Program-made: the position numbers and the translations under genes | Notes under the pieces: generated by a model | Told to the model about the DNA's origin: nothing | What the model saw: the letters and a program-made list of their open reading frames with translations, nothing else | Database searches by the model: none | Shown here: piece by piece, positions 18,071 to 28,666 of the stretch | Layout of the letters: every line of letters starts with the position of its first letter | Numbering within the stretch: position 1 is the stretch's first letter | DNA from: Anaerotignum sp. | Lineage (GTDB): Bacteria > Bacillota_I > Bacilli_A > Acholeplasmatales > Anaeroplasmataceae | Direction of reading: 5' to 3' | Assembly: GCA_963617645.1 (NCBI GenBank) | Contig: CAVEPF010000125.1 | Span: 10,222 to 64,762, forward strand | DNA: 54,541 bases

Positions 18071-21000
18071 TTATTTTTTATTAAAATATGCTACAGCGTT
18101 CTTAAATATATTTTGTTCCTTTACGCCGTAAATATTTTTAAAGTTATATTGTTCATATCTCTCGCTATGACCCATCTTACCAAGTATTAAGCCATTTTCA
18201 GATACAATACCTTCAATTGCAAAACTACTTCCGTTAGGGTTATATGGTGTTTCTGTTGCAATATTACCATCTAAATCAGTATATTGGAATGCTACCATAC
18301 CTTTGGCAAATAGTACTTTAGCAAATTGATCAGAACATACAAATTTACCTTCACCATGGCTTATAGCAACCTTGTGAATATCACCTACATTAAATCCACT
18401 TAACCAAGGTGAATTAGTATTACATACTCTTGTAGTTGCAATACATGAAATGTGTCTATTGATATCATTTCTAAATAATGTAGGGCTTTCAGTTGTTAAG
18501 CTACCTAGTTCTGAATAAGGAAGTAATCCTGATTTGATTAATGCTTGGAATCCGTTACAAATACCAAGGATTAAACCTTTTCTTTCGATTAATTTGTTGA
18601 TAGCTTCTTTAATAATTTCATTATTTAAGATAGTTGCAATAAATTTACCAGATCCATCAGGTTCGTCACCTGCAGAGAAACCTCCGGCAATCATTAAGAT
18701 ATTACATTTATCAATATTCTTTTTCATTTCAAGAATAGATTTTGTGACATCACTACTCTTTGTATTTTTAAATACAGTACTAATAGGTTTAGCTCCCGCT
18801 TTCTTCCATGCTTTTATAGAGTCATAATCACAGTTTGTACCTGGGAATACTGGAATATAGACAATAGGTTTTTCAATTGCTTCATATGGATATTCGATTT
18901 TTTCTTTATTAACTGCTAAAGTGTATCCACGAGTTTTAGCACTAGTATCAATAGGATATACGCTAGCATAATCCTTAAATGATGCTTCATATAATTCTTC
19001 AAATGTAAATCTTGTTTGATTGATCTTATATGTATTTTCTCTAACATGACCTAATAATATAGCATTCTTGTAATCTAATCTAATCTTAGATTCAACAACA
19101 ATAGAACCATAATCTTTGTTTAAAACATTAATATCACTCTTTACAATAAAGCCCATCTTGTTACCAAAAGACATCTTAACTAAGGCTTCGAAAACACCAC
19201 CATATCCTACTGCAAATGCACTTACGATATTTTTATTTACAATGTTTTCATTTATATATGTGAAGTTTTCATCTAATTCTTTAGTATTAGGCATTAAATG
19301 TGCTAATGGATTATGTTTAATTAAATAAATATAGTTACCATCATTCTTAAAATCAGTAGAGATTACATTTCTAACATCAACAGTAGTAATACCAAACGCC
19401 ATTAACATAGGTGGAACGTGAAGTTCATTAAATGAACCAGACATTGAATCTTTACCACCAATAGAAGGTAAGTGAAGATCATTTTGAATCTTTATTGCAC
19501 CAAGTAATGATTCAAAAGGAAGACCAAATTTCTCACTTGAAGTCATCTTTTCATAGTATTCTTGATAACTAAATCTCATCTTATTATATTTAGCACCACT
19601 TGCAACCACCTTAGCACATGCATCAATAACTGCATATTGGCTACCTAAGAAAGGACTTGACTCAGTTAAATATGGATCATAACCATATGCTAAAACTGAT
19701 GCAGTAGTTGTTGTTTTATTACCTACAGGTAATTTTTGACAAGAAACTTGAGTTTCTGATAATTGATATTTTCCACCATAAGGCATTAAAACTGTTGATC
19801 TACCAATTGTAGAGTCAAACATCTCAACTAAACCTTTTTGCGTAGCTACATTCTTATCTTTTAATAGATTTAAAGCTTCTTCTTTGAAATCATTTTTAAT
19901 TTTTCTTTCGAAGAAATTACCTTCTTTATGTGCTAAAACATGACATTTAGCGCTGTGGTTAGCACCAGCACTATCGATAAACTTTCTACTAATATTTACA
20001 TATAAAGTATTGTTATAGTACATTTTAAGTCTAGCATCATCAGTAACATCAGCTATATGAATAACTTCAAGATTTTCTTCTTTACAGTATTTCTTAAATT
20101 TAGCTTCGTCTTTCTTATCAACAACAACGGCCATACGTTCTTGTGATTCACTTATTGCAAGTTCAGTAGGATTTAAACCTGTATATTTAACTTGAACTCT
20201 ATCTAGATATATATTTAAACCATCAGCTAATTCACCGATTGCTACCGATACACCACCAGCACCAAAATCGTTTGATTTCTTGATTAGTTTACATACTTCT
20301 TCTCTTCTAAATAAATGTTCAATTTTTCTTTCTTCAGGCGCATTTCCTTTTTGAACTTCACTTGAGCATGTTTCAAGAGATTTAGAATTGTGTACTTTTG
20401 AAGATCCTGTTGCTCCTCCGATACCATCTCTACCAGTACGTCCACCAAACATTAAGATAACATCCCCTGCTTTAGGAGTTTCTCTTCTTACTTCTTTAGC
20501 ACGAACAGCACCAACAACAGCACCTACTTCAAGTCTCTTTGCTACATAACCATCATGATAAATTTCTTTTACATGTGTAGTAGCTAAACCAATTTGGTTT
20601 CCGTAACTTGAATAACCACTTGCAGCTTTAGTAGAAATAACTTTTTGAGGTAATTTATGTTCTAATGTGTCACTTACGTTTTGATAGATATCTCCACTAC
20701 CTGTAACGCGCATAGCTTGATAAACATAACTTCTACCTGAAAGAGGGTCACGAATAGCTCCTCCTAAGCATGTTGAAGCACCACCAAATGGTTCAATTTC
20801 TGTTGGGTGATTATGAGTTTCATTTTTAAATTGTAATAACCATTTTTCTTCTTTTGAATTCTCATTTACATTTACAAAAATGGAACATGCATTGTTTTCT
20901 TCAGATTCTTCTAAATCATCTAAATAACCATTTTTCTTAAGATATCTAGCCGCAATACAAGCCATATCCATTAAACATACTTTTTTATTTTCTCTATTTA

Positions 21001-21766
21001 ATTCTTTACGCATATGTAAATATAAATCATATGCTTCCTTAATTTCATTACTAATGAATGATTCATCAATAGTAATTTCTAAAAATTCTGTATTAAATGT
21101 AGTGTGACGGCAATGATCTGACCAATATGTATCTAAAATTCTAATTTCAGTTTCATAAGGGTCTCTTCCTTCTTCTTTAAAATACTCAACAACGCATTTT
21201 AAATCGTCTTCGTTCATTGCAAGAGAATATTCATTAATAAATGGAGTTAAATCATTATCTGTTAAATCTCTAAATCCAGTTAAAATTTTAACATTAGTTG
21301 TTACAGCCTTATTCTTTTCTCTTAGACTCTTTAAATTCTTCTCACGAGATTCTACCTTATTAATGTAGTAAGCTTTAATTCTTTCAATATCGTTATTAGT
21401 TATATTTTCATCAAAAATAAGTAATTTACCTGATTTAATTTTAGCTTTTGATTTAGGATTAATTAATTTTAAACAAGCTTCTGCTGATTGAGCTCTTTGA
21501 TCAAATTGACCAGGTAAAAATTCAACAGCTAAATATTTTAAATTTTTAGTTTCTAAGTCTTCAATAATATCATCTGTTACAATTTCACCAAAAACTTGAT
21601 ATTTTGCTTTCTCATATAAAGCTTCATCAATATTAAAAATATCATATATGTTTAAAAGTCTTAAATTTTTAAGATTTAATCTTAAATTTAAGTTCAAATC
21701 ATTTTGTAAAGATTTAGCTTCAACTCTAAATCCTTCTTTCTTCTCTACAAAAATACGTTTTTTCAT
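18071..21766 (-). CDS. purL: Single-chain (large) phosphoribosylformylglycinamidine synthase
   Basis: 1231 aa. It has the FGAM synthetase core ([13 protein letters not shown]) and a fused C-terminal glutaminase domain ([14 protein letters not shown]). No separate purS or purQ is present. Confidence 0.95.
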   Translation of the reverse strand: MKKRIFVEKKEGFRVEAKSLQNDLNLNLRLNLKNLRLLNIYDIFNIDEALYEKAKYQVFGEIVTDDIIEDLETKNLKYLAVEFLPGQFDQRAQSAEACLKLINPKSKAKIKSGKLLIFDENITNNDIERIKAYYINKVESREKNLKSLREKNKAVTTNVKILTGFRDLTDNDLTPFINEYSLAMNEDDLKCVVEYFKEEGRDPYETEIRILDTYWSDHCRHTTFNTEFLEITIDESFISNEIKEAYDLYLHMRKELNRENKKVCLMDMACIAARYLKKNGYLDDLEESEENNACSIFVNVNENSKEEKWLLQFKNETHNHPTEIEPFGGASTCLGGAIRDPLSGRSYVYQAMRVTGSGDIYQNVSDTLEHKLPQKVISTKAASGYSSYGNQIGLATTHVKEIYHDGYVAKRLEVGAVVGAVRAKEVRRETPKAGDVILMFGGRTGRDGIGGATGSSKVHNSKSLETCSSEVQKGNAPEERKIEHLFRREEVCKLIKKSNDFGAGGVSVAIGELADGLNIYLDRVQVKYTGLNPTELAISESQERMAVVVDKKDEAKFKKYCKEENLEVIHIADVTDDARLKMYYNNTLYVNISRKFIDSAGANHSAKCHVLAHKEGNFFERKIKNDFKEEALNLLKDKNVATQKGLVEMFDSTIGRSTVLMPYGGKYQLSETQVSCQKLPVGNKTTTTASVLAYGYDPYLTESSPFLGSQYAVIDACAKVVASGAKYNKMRFSYQEYYEKMTSSEKFGLPFESLLGAIKIQNDLHLPSIGGKDSMSGSFNELHVPPMLMAFGITTVDVRNVISTDFKNDGNYIYLIKHNPLAHLMPNTKELDENFTYINENIVNKNIVSAFAVGYGGVFEALVKMSFGNKMGFIVKSDINVLNKDYGSIVVESKIRLDYKNAILLGHVRENTYKINQTRFTFEELYEASFKDYASVYPIDTSAKTRGYTLAVNKEKIEYPYEAIEKPIVYIPVFPGTNCDYDSIKAWKKAGAKPISTVFKNTKSSDVTKSILEMKKNIDKCNILMIAGGFSAGDEPDGSGKFIATILNNEIIKEAINKLIERKGLILGICNGFQALIKSGLLPYSELGSLTTESPTLFRNDINRHISCIATTRVCNTNSPWLSGFNVGDIHKVAISHGEGKFVCSDQFAKVLFAKGMVAFQYTDLDGNIATETPYNPNGSSFAIEGIVSENGLILGKMGHSERYEQYNFKNIYGVKEQNIFKNAVAYFNKK

Positions 21767-21770
21767 TTTT

Positions 21771-22871
21771 TTATTCCTCTATGTTTAGTTTCTTTTTATA
21801 GTCTAAATAAGACTCTAGAGTCATATTTGTAAATGTAATATGACCTAATTTTCTTAATTCTTTAATTTCCGTTTTATGATACATGTGAGTAACATGATTA
21901 GGAATTTCTTCAAACTTTGACACATTTTTTAAATCTTTTCCTAATATATTTTTCATCACTGTAGGTGTCTTTAGTTTTGGTTCTGTCAACGGTTTATGAC
22001 TTAAGAATTTAATTAATTCACTATATTGGCTTACATTACAACCTTCAATTGTATAATGGCCACTATTATGAGGACGAGGAGCCATTTCATTGAAATAGAA
22101 TGTATTACCTTTAATAAAATATTCTATTGTAATAATTCCATAATATCCTGCTTGTTCTAAGAATTCTTCACTTTTTTTAATAAGTCTTTCTTCTAAATCT
22201 TTATCAAGATTAGCAGGTACAATCGATAAATCTAAAATTCCATTTCTATGAATATTTTTTGATATTGGGAAATGAATAATTTGATTTTTATCTCTAATTA
22301 GAATTATAGAACACTCAAAATCAAAATTAATTTTTTCTTCAACAATTGAATCAACATGTCCTACATATTCATTTAATTTATATAAATCATCTTTTGAATT
22401 TACAACAACTTGACCATGTCCATCATATCCTTCTCTTCTAGTTTTAAATATAAATGGATAGCCTAAGGTATTTATTGCATTTTCTAAATCTTTTTGATTA
22501 TCAATATTAAAATATTTTGCTGTATTTAACCCACAAGCTCTTGCATTATCTTTTTCTCTTAATCTATCTTGTGAATCAAGTAAAGGTTTTATTCCTTGCA
22601 TAATATTAAAATCATTATTAAGTTTAGCTAATATGTCACCTTTTACATTTTCAAATTCATAAGATAGTACTTCACTAATAGAACCAAGCTCTTGTAATTT
22701 TTCAATTGAATTAAATGATCCAACAATTAATTTATCGCAAACAAATGAACAAGAACAATTAGGATTAGGATCTAAGACCGCAGTAGTTAGACCTTGTTCT
22801 TTAGCGGCTTCACACATCATCATTCCAAGTTGACCGCCACCAATAATTCCAATATTATATTTCATTTTCAA
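21771..22871 (-). CDS. purK: N5-carboxyaminoimidazole ribonucleotide synthase
   Basis: 366 aa. [10 protein letters not shown] and an ATP-grasp core ([15 protein letters not shown]). It overlaps purE by 17 nt. Confidence 0.9.
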   Translation of the reverse strand: MKMKYNIGIIGGGQLGMMMCEAAKEQGLTTAVLDPNPNCSCSFVCDKLIVGSFNSIEKLQELGSISEVLSYEFENVKGDILAKLNNDFNIMQGIKPLLDSQDRLREKDNARACGLNTAKYFNIDNQKDLENAINTLGYPFIFKTRREGYDGHGQVVVNSKDDLYKLNEYVGHVDSIVEEKINFDFECSIILIRDKNQIIHFPISKNIHRNGILDLSIVPANLDKDLEERLIKKSEEFLEQAGYYGIITIEYFIKGNTFYFNEMAPRPHNSGHYTIEGCNVSQYSELIKFLSHKPLTEPKLKTPTVMKNILGKDLKNVSKFEEIPNHVTHMYHKTEIKELRKLGHITFTNMTLESYLDYKKKLNIEE

Positions 22872-23325
22872 GTACGTCCTTAGTTTGTTTTTGTCGGAAT
22901 TCTTCTAATTTTTGTGAGATTGTAGAATCACTTAACGCAAGTATTGAGGCAGCATATAAAGCCGCATTCTTAGCACCGTTTATAGCCATTGTACCAACAG
23001 GAATTCCTCCTGGCATTTGTACGATAGATAAAAGAGAATCTAATCCGTTTAAAGCTCTACTTTTTACAGGCACTCCAATAACAGGTAATGTAGTATTACT
23101 TGCAACCATACCAGGCAAATGAGCAGCTCCGCCTGCTCCCGCAATGATAAGTTTTAAACCTCTTTCTTTAGCAGTTTTTGCGTATTCAAATAAAAGTTCT
23201 GGGGTTCTATGAGCAGATACAATCTTTTTCTCATAACTAATACCAAACATATCTAAAACATCACAAGCTTCTTTCATGACTTCATAATCACTAACAGAGC
23301 CCATAATAACACCAACTTCTATCAT
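22855..23325 (-). CDS. purE: N5-CAIR mutase
   Basis: 156 aa. [16 protein letters not shown] and [10 protein letters not shown] motifs. Confidence 0.95.
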   Translation of the reverse strand: MIEVGVIMGSVSDYEVMKEACDVLDMFGISYEKKIVSAHRTPELLFEYAKTAKERGLKLIIAGAGGAAHLPGMVASNTTLPVIGVPVKSRALNGLDSLLSIVQMPGGIPVGTMAINGAKNAALYAASILALSDSTISQKLEEFRQKQTKDVLENEI

Positions 23326-23335
23326 AAATCCTCCT

Positions 23336-23376
23336 TAAAAAACGAAAAAACAGAGCTTAACAAAATAAGCCCTGTT
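23336..23376 (-). terminator. Strong leader terminator immediately upstream of the purE RBS
   Basis: The minus-strand RNA reads AACAGGGCUUA-UUUUGU-UAAGCUCUGUU followed by UUUUUUCGUUUUUU. One stem position is a G-U wobble that pairs only on the minus-strand transcript. Confidence 0.8.
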
Positions 23377-23499
23377 TAGGTAGCACAAAAGTCTTGTATA
23401 AAAATTGAATTGTAACGAATTGATTTAATAAATTTTGTTTCATATTACCACCTCAGGTGATAAGCAAAAACAATAAGAAAAAACTTCTTAAAAAATTTA

Positions 23500-23570
23500 A
23501 TCTTATAGTCTCTAAATTTACGGTTTAGAGGTAGAAACTTGCTTACCACATTTAAGCTATTATACAAGAT
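23500..23570 (-). ncRNA. Purine riboswitch aptamer, guanine-type
   Basis: The minus strand reads UCUUGUAUAAUAGCUUAAAUGUGGUAAGCAAGUUUCUACCUCUAAACCGUAAAUUUAGAGACUAUAAGA. It matches the xpt-type consensus (UAUAAU, AAGUUUCUACC, CCGUAAAU, GACUAU), and the specificity position is C, indicating guanine/hypoxanthine. Confidence 0.85.
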
Positions 23571-23807
23571 ACAGCTATTTAAATTTACATTTATATTTTA
23601 GCACAAAGAATATATAAAAAAAGCCTTATTTTTAAGAAAACGATTTCTTTTTTAAAAAATAGGCCATTTTTTTATAATTTTGAACCATTTTCATTCTAAT
23701 AATTTTAAATTTAATTTTAGAATTTTAATAAAACTTAAATTAAATCTAAACTTGTCCTACATTTAGTGTTAAAATGTAATTAGAAAAAAGATAGAGAGGT
23801 AAAAATT

Positions 23808-25136
23808 ATGGAAGAAGAAATCAAAAAAGATTCTACATTAAATGATGAAGTAGATTATATTTCAGTGATCAAATCACTATTCTCACATGTTGAACCATTA
23901 ACATATAGTGATTCTAATGTACTAAAAGATGTAAAGGTTTATGTCCCAATTATAAGACCAGGTGTATATTTAGAAAATGCATTAACAAAATTCTCAACAC
24001 TTTATCCTGAAGAGCTTAGCGTATATAACGACTATTTTGCTAAATTTGACTATGATTTCCAACTAGATGATAAAGGTAGAATTACTTATATTCCACCAGA
24101 ACTCGATGAACTTCAAAGATTAAGAGCTCGTCAAGCTGAAGAACATGAAAAATTAATTAATCTAAAGACTGCTTTATTTGATCATTTAAATATCAGTCAT
24201 GAAAGTGATAAATTAGAAGATAAACTTCATGTTAAAGAAAGTGATTTTCTTGATTGTGTAAACTTTAAGCAACAAGCTTATAGAGTTGAAGATGAAAATT
24301 ACAAAAAATTATATCTTAAAAATTTAGATGAATACCTAAATTTAATTCCAAAGGATAAAGGTTACTTCACTAAAGAAACTGATTCTAAACATGTTGGTGA
24401 TGTTCTTCTTGATTTTGATAAGTTTATGCATGAAATGCTAAGATATCATTTTGAAATAAAAGATGGTACACCTAACCAATACGATGCTAAACCATTTGCC
24501 GGCATTAAAGAAAGTGAAATTAAAGCAAAATTTGTATCTCACTTCTCTCCAAGTATAAGAGTTGATATCGACCCTGAAATTCATGAAAAAAATCATGCAG
24601 CTTTTATAAGTAAAGCTAACAAACAAACACTAGATTATTTATCAAATACTTGTGATACAAAAGCTACAGCAGTAGTTGAAGAAGCTCGTGAAAAGCTATT
24701 AGGTGCAAAAACTCATGAAGAGAAAAAGGAAATTCAAATCAATACACTTCTAAACGTTCGTGAGTACTTCTTAACTCAAAGAAAAATATATAAGTCTCAT
24801 AATTTCTTTACAAGACGTTTTGATAAAAATGTTAGACCATACCGTGACAAATATGATAGATTATTCGATTCTTTGATGTCTCTTGGTATGAGTAAAAAGT
24901 TTGTTCAAAGTTTCTTAAATAACAAGGTTACTAAGATTAATGCAAATGGTCAAACTTATGACTATAACAAAATTTATAACGAAAGTGAACATTTCAACTC
25001 TGAATTAAATTCATTACATAATGTTTATTTAGAGCATTCAAAACAAAATATAGAAGCTGCTCAAATAAATGAATCAGTTGATAAGAAATTTGAAAATATC
25101 AACACATTAACTCGTGAAAAAGAATTAAATAAGTAA
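23808..25136 (+). CDS. Hypothetical cytoplasmic protein, 442 aa, no recognisable domain
   Basis: Long clean ORF with a GAGAGGT RBS, followed by a hairpin terminator (about 25152-25174). It is Lys/Glu/Asp-rich with no signal peptide or TM segment, and I recognise no family motif. Confidence 0.6.
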   Translation: MEEEIKKDSTLNDEVDYISVIKSLFSHVEPLTYSDSNVLKDVKVYVPIIRPGVYLENALTKFSTLYPEELSVYNDYFAKFDYDFQLDDKGRITYIPPELDELQRLRARQAEEHEKLINLKTALFDHLNISHESDKLEDKLHVKESDFLDCVNFKQQAYRVEDENYKKLYLKNLDEYLNLIPKDKGYFTKETDSKHVGDVLLDFDKFMHEMLRYHFEIKDGTPNQYDAKPFAGIKESEIKAKFVSHFSPSIRVDIDPEIHEKNHAAFISKANKQTLDYLSNTCDTKATAVVEEAREKLLGAKTHEEKKEIQINTLLNVREYFLTQRKIYKSHNFFTRRFDKNVRPYRDKYDRLFDSLMSLGMSKKFVQSFLNNKVTKINANGQTYDYNKIYNESEHFNSELNSLHNVYLEHSKQNIEAAQINESVDKKFENINTLTREKELNK

Positions 25137-25216
25137 GTAAGTAAAAAATTAACTGGCACTAAATGTGTCAGTTTTTTCATCTAAAAAAGAAGTTTCTATG
25201 TGAAACTTCTTCTATA

Positions 25217-26428
25217 TTAATCAACAAACTTATGAGCAATCTTAGCACTAAATGTTTGATTTTCTTTAAATTCTTTATCTAATTGATTTAATAAATTAAC
25301 ATTATTAATATCATTATTTTCAACTACAAAGTAATGACAGAATATCATCATTGCAATTAAAGATGAATCAAGACCATCAATCTTTTGTTTTCCAACATAA
25401 TCATACATATCATATAATGAATCATTTAACTTATTAACTAAATTAACAATATTCTTATCAAGAACATTAACAAACTTTAATGAATAATATTCTTCTTGGC
25501 TCTTTAAATACCAATGGAAATATGAATCTTTTACATTGTTACATAATTCAATTAATAAGCCATGACGAGGAATACCAAATGATTGATATATTGCATATTG
25601 ATAGAATGCATATTCAAACATACGACAATATAAAATTTCCTTAGGATTACTAATTGGAATTAGTTTATTTGCAATTTGATTATGAATGTATTCAAGTTTA
25701 CATGGAAGACAAGCCATTTCTTTATAATAAATACTAGTGTGGTTATCCCAAAATGCAGCTTTATTAACTTGATTATTTAATGTTGATTTTTGATCTCCAC
25801 CATTATCTTTTGAAGCTAAGAAATAGTGATATAAAACATCCTTAGTAACAGCAGCTTTCTTAATTCTTCCTAAAGCAGCTACAGTAAATGCTTCATCTTC
25901 TGCAAAATCTAGGTCTTCTTCAAAGAATAAACCACTAATAGTTTCTTTTTTCCATAATTTATTCCATGGAAGAGTAATAGCAAATGTATGTTGATAGAAC
26001 TTAATAAATTCATCATGTGTACTTAAATCTAGTACTTCATCTTTTGTAAAATGTGAAAAGAAGAATGGATGTTTATTATTGCATATAGCAACATCACAGT
26101 TGTTATCTTCAATCATTTTAGACATCTTTTCAAAATAATTAAGTTCAAGATCGTCGTCCGCATCAACAAATTGAATATAATCACCTGTTGCTCTCTTTAA
26201 TCCTTGATTTCTAGCGTGTGATACACCGCTATTTTTAATACTATAAATTTTAATTCTATCATCATTCTTTTGATATTCTTGAATCATAGCTAAACTATTA
26301 TCAATTGATCCATCATTGATGATGATAATTTCTAAATTTCTATAAGTTTGATTAAGAATACTTGTAAGCATTCTATCTATTGTTTTTTCCGCGTTATACA
26401 TTGGTATAATGACTGATATAAGTTTCAT
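25217..26428 (-). CDS. Family 2 glycosyltransferase with a C-terminal extension of about 180 aa and unknown function
   Basis: The N-terminus ISVIIPMYNAEKTIDRMLTSILNQTYRNLEIIIINDGSIDNS and the DxD region FVDADDDL are canonical GT-A/GT2. The C-terminal half is shared only with the adjacent paralog. Confidence 0.85.
   Translation of the reverse strand: MKLISVIIPMYNAEKTIDRMLTSILNQTYRNLEIIIINDGSIDNSLAMIQEYQKNDDRIKIYSIKNSGVSHARNQGLKRATGDYIQFVDADDDLELNYFEKMSKMIEDNNCDVAICNNKHPFFFSHFTKDEVLDLSTHDEFIKFYQHTFAITLPWNKLWKKETISGLFFEEDLDFAEDEAFTVAALGRIKKAAVTKDVLYHYFLASKDNGGDQKSTLNNQVNKAAFWDNHTSIYYKEMACLPCKLEYIHNQIANKLIPISNPKEILYCRMFEYAFYQYAIYQSFGIPRHGLLIELCNNVKDSYFHWYLKSQEEYYSLKFVNVLDKNIVNLVNKLNDSLYDMYDYVGKQKIDGLDSSLIAMMIFCHYFVVENNDINNVNLLNQLDKEFKENQTFSAKIAHKFVD
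26145..26189. repeat. 45-nt tract identical to 27366..27410 (copy 1)
   Basis: tcaagatcgtcgtccgcatcaacaaattgaatataatcacctgtt occurs exactly in both GT2 genes, although the flanking DNA has diverged. Confidence 0.9.
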
Positions 26429-26446
26429 TTAAATTTCCTCTATTTA

Positions 26447-27652
26447 TTATTTAATTAATTTGTTTACGTATTTAGCTTCTTCTGTGCTATTTTCTCTTAA
26501 AGCCTTATCAAGTTGATTTAAAAAGTTAACATTATTTAAATCATTATTTTCTAAGACAAATAATTTAGCAAATATTGAAATAGCTACATATGTAGGTTTT
26601 AAATTTAATCTATTTTTGTAAATATCTTGATATGCATCATACATATAGTCATTTAATTCTTTTACTTTTTTTGAAAGCTCTGGGCTAGTTAAATCAAAGA
26701 ACTTTAATCCATAGCGTTCTTGTGTTTTAACGGATGCATAGAAGAATGCATCAGTAAATATATTCATCATTTCAAGATACATATTCTCTTTAGGAATGTT
26801 AAAACCAGCATAAGCTGCATATTGGAAGAATGTATAATCAAATACACGACAATATAATATTTCTGTAACATCTGTTATTGGAATTTGTTTATTATCAATA
26901 GCTCTTTGGAATTCTTCAAGTCTATGTGGTATAGTCCATAAACCTTGGTAATAGAAAGAAGTTTTGTGTTCCCAAAACTTTGATGCATTAAGTAGTTCAT
27001 TAATTTTTGAGTTCTCTTCTTCTCCATCACTAGCCTTAGCTAAGAAATAATGATATAAAACTTTGCTAGTAGAAACTACACGTTTAATATTTTTAGCAAT
27101 AGTGCAGAAGAATAATTCATCTTCTGCAAAATGAATATTTTCAAAGAAATAAACATCTTTAACCGCAGTAGCTTTAATTAATTTATTCCATGGAAGAGTT
27201 GGACCATATGTATGTTGATAAAATTCAATGAAATCATCATGATTAGTTAAATCATAAACTCTATCAGTAAAATATGTCATAAAGAATGGGTGTTCATTAT
27301 TACATATAGCCATATCTGAATTTGTTTCAAGAAGTCTAGATAATTGAATCTTAAAATAATCTAAATCAAGATCGTCGTCCGCATCAACAAATTGAATATA
27401 ATCACCTGTTACATGTTTCAATCCTTCGTTTCTTGCATGCGATACACCTTGATTAGCTTCAGTATAAATTTTAATTCTTGAATCCTTTTCTTGAAGACTC
27501 TTTAATGTCTTTAAAGAGTCATCTGTAGAACCATCATCTACACAAATTATTTCTAAATTTTTATAAGATTGGTTCATAATTGAGCCAATACTTCTATTTA
27601 AATATTTATTTGCATTATAAACAGGAACAATAACTGAAATTAAATTGTCCAT
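26447..27652 (-). CDS. Family 2 glycosyltransferase, tandem paralog of 25217..26428
   Basis: ISVIVPVYNANKYLNRSIGSIMNQSYKNLEIICVDDGSTDDS and FVDADDDL motifs. It is collinear with its neighbour over the full length, including the C-terminal NNDLNNVNFLNQLDK. Confidence 0.85.
   Translation of the reverse strand: MDNLISVIVPVYNANKYLNRSIGSIMNQSYKNLEIICVDDGSTDDSLKTLKSLQEKDSRIKIYTEANQGVSHARNEGLKHVTGDYIQFVDADDDLDLDYFKIQLSRLLETNSDMAICNNEHPFFMTYFTDRVYDLTNHDDFIEFYQHTYGPTLPWNKLIKATAVKDVYFFENIHFAEDELFFCTIAKNIKRVVSTSKVLYHYFLAKASDGEEENSKINELLNASKFWEHKTSFYYQGLWTIPHRLEEFQRAIDNKQIPITDVTEILYCRVFDYTFFQYAAYAGFNIPKENMYLEMMNIFTDAFFYASVKTQERYGLKFFDLTSPELSKKVKELNDYMYDAYQDIYKNRLNLKPTYVAISIFAKLFVLENNDLNNVNFLNQLDKALRENSTEEAKYVNKLIK
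27366..27410. repeat. 45-nt tract identical to 26145..26189 (copy 2)
   Basis: It has the same 45-mer as copy 1 and encodes TGDYIQFVDADDDL (the DxD region). Confidence 0.9.
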
Positions 27653-27692
27653 ATAAACCTCCTAATGTAAAGTTTGTTTTACATTTTTCTTA

Positions 27693-27721
27693 ATTATATA
27701 CGCAATGAAATGTAAAGTCAA
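27693..27721 (-). promoter_or_regulatory. Near-consensus sigma-70 promoter for the GT2 pair
   Basis: The minus strand has TTGACT, a 17-nt spacer, then TATAAT, about 40 nt upstream of the 26447..27652 start codon. Confidence 0.55.
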
Positions 27722-27800
27722 CTATACATTTTAAAACTCATATATTCTTTATATAATAAAAAGGAAATCTTTACGATTCCTCTTTCATTTTATATATTTA

Positions 27801-28649
27801 CTATACTCTTAATTCAAGAATTGCTTTTAAAACAGGTAATTTGAGTGTCTCTTTTGAAATAGCTTGATACTCTGATTCAGATATATAGTCAGTACCAAAT
27901 TGTGCAACTAAAGATTCATATGTTTCTAAAGTAAATTCAAACCATAAATCATGAACATCATCATTTTTTACTCTATCTTTATCTACAGAACCTTTTATTG
28001 CAATGTCACCTAGGTTTAATGCCATATTACTTATGCCGTTTTTGTTATTGTTAAGATATTTACCAAAATAAAATTTATTATACATAGAAACACTAATATC
28101 TTCACTTGTATTATCAGGCGAGTCAGTATTAAATGTATTATTAATTACATCACCAACTCTAACTGATAAACATTTAAGTAAATTAATTTTATTTTGCTCA
28201 GTATACGAAGTATCAGCAAACTCAAATGATATATAGTTAACACCTTCAGATTTATTTACAATGCTAAACTTCAAAACTTTACTTTGCGTAGGATATAAAG
28301 ATATATCATATGTTAAATCAATAGTTGCACTAACTTCATCAGTAGTCGCATAATTCATATTTATATATTCAAAAGCTCTAGTTTCAGTGTAATATTCTAA
28401 CTTATCCTTAGGATACTTAGATGTAATTGATTTACCTTCATCTTCATATCTTTCAAGTAAATTAGGTATACCATTGTTGTTATCATCTAATCCTTCATAC
28501 AAATAAACTTGTGAATCAATTTTAGTTACCTTTAAAGTTATATTATTTGTATCATCATTTATTGTATACCAACCATATATTATAGATATGCTTAAGACTA
28601 AAGTCACGATAAGCATAAATATAGTTATTAACTTTTTAACATTTTTCAT
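27801..28649 (-). CDS. Secreted/anchored 282-aa protein with a SipW/TasA-type N-terminal region; putative TasA/camelysin-like subunit
   Basis: AAGGAGGT RBS. The N-terminus is MKNVKK, a hydrophobic segment, then SIIYGWYTINDD...NNITLKV (compare TasA GGTWAAFND...GTLDLS). The central motif SLYPTQSKVLKFSIVNKSEG resembles NLKPGD...F.F.N.GS of TasA. Also present are FEFTLET (compare FSFEATQ) and a beta-strand-like C-terminus VLKAILELRV. Confidence 0.45.
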   Translation of the reverse strand: MKNVKKLITIFMLIVTLVLSISIIYGWYTINDDTNNITLKVTKIDSQVYLYEGLDDNNNGIPNLLERYEDEGKSITSKYPKDKLEYYTETRAFEYINMNYATTDEVSATIDLTYDISLYPTQSKVLKFSIVNKSEGVNYISFEFADTSYTEQNKINLLKCLSVRVGDVINNTFNTDSPDNTSEDISVSMYNKFYFGKYLNNNKNGISNMALNLGDIAIKGSVDKDRVKNDDVHDLWFEFTLETYESLVAQFGTDYISESEYQAISKETLKLPVLKAILELRV

Positions 28650-28666
28650 ATCGTGACCTCCTTATA

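Noticed and set aside
23455-23500. Weak hairpin UAAGAA-GUUUU-UUCUUA followed by a U-rich run, immediately after the guanine aptamer, as the riboswitch terminator.
   Set aside because: It is only 6 bp and almost entirely A-U. The much stronger 11-bp terminator at 23336-23376 directly precedes purE. I cannot exclude a role, but I did not annotate it.
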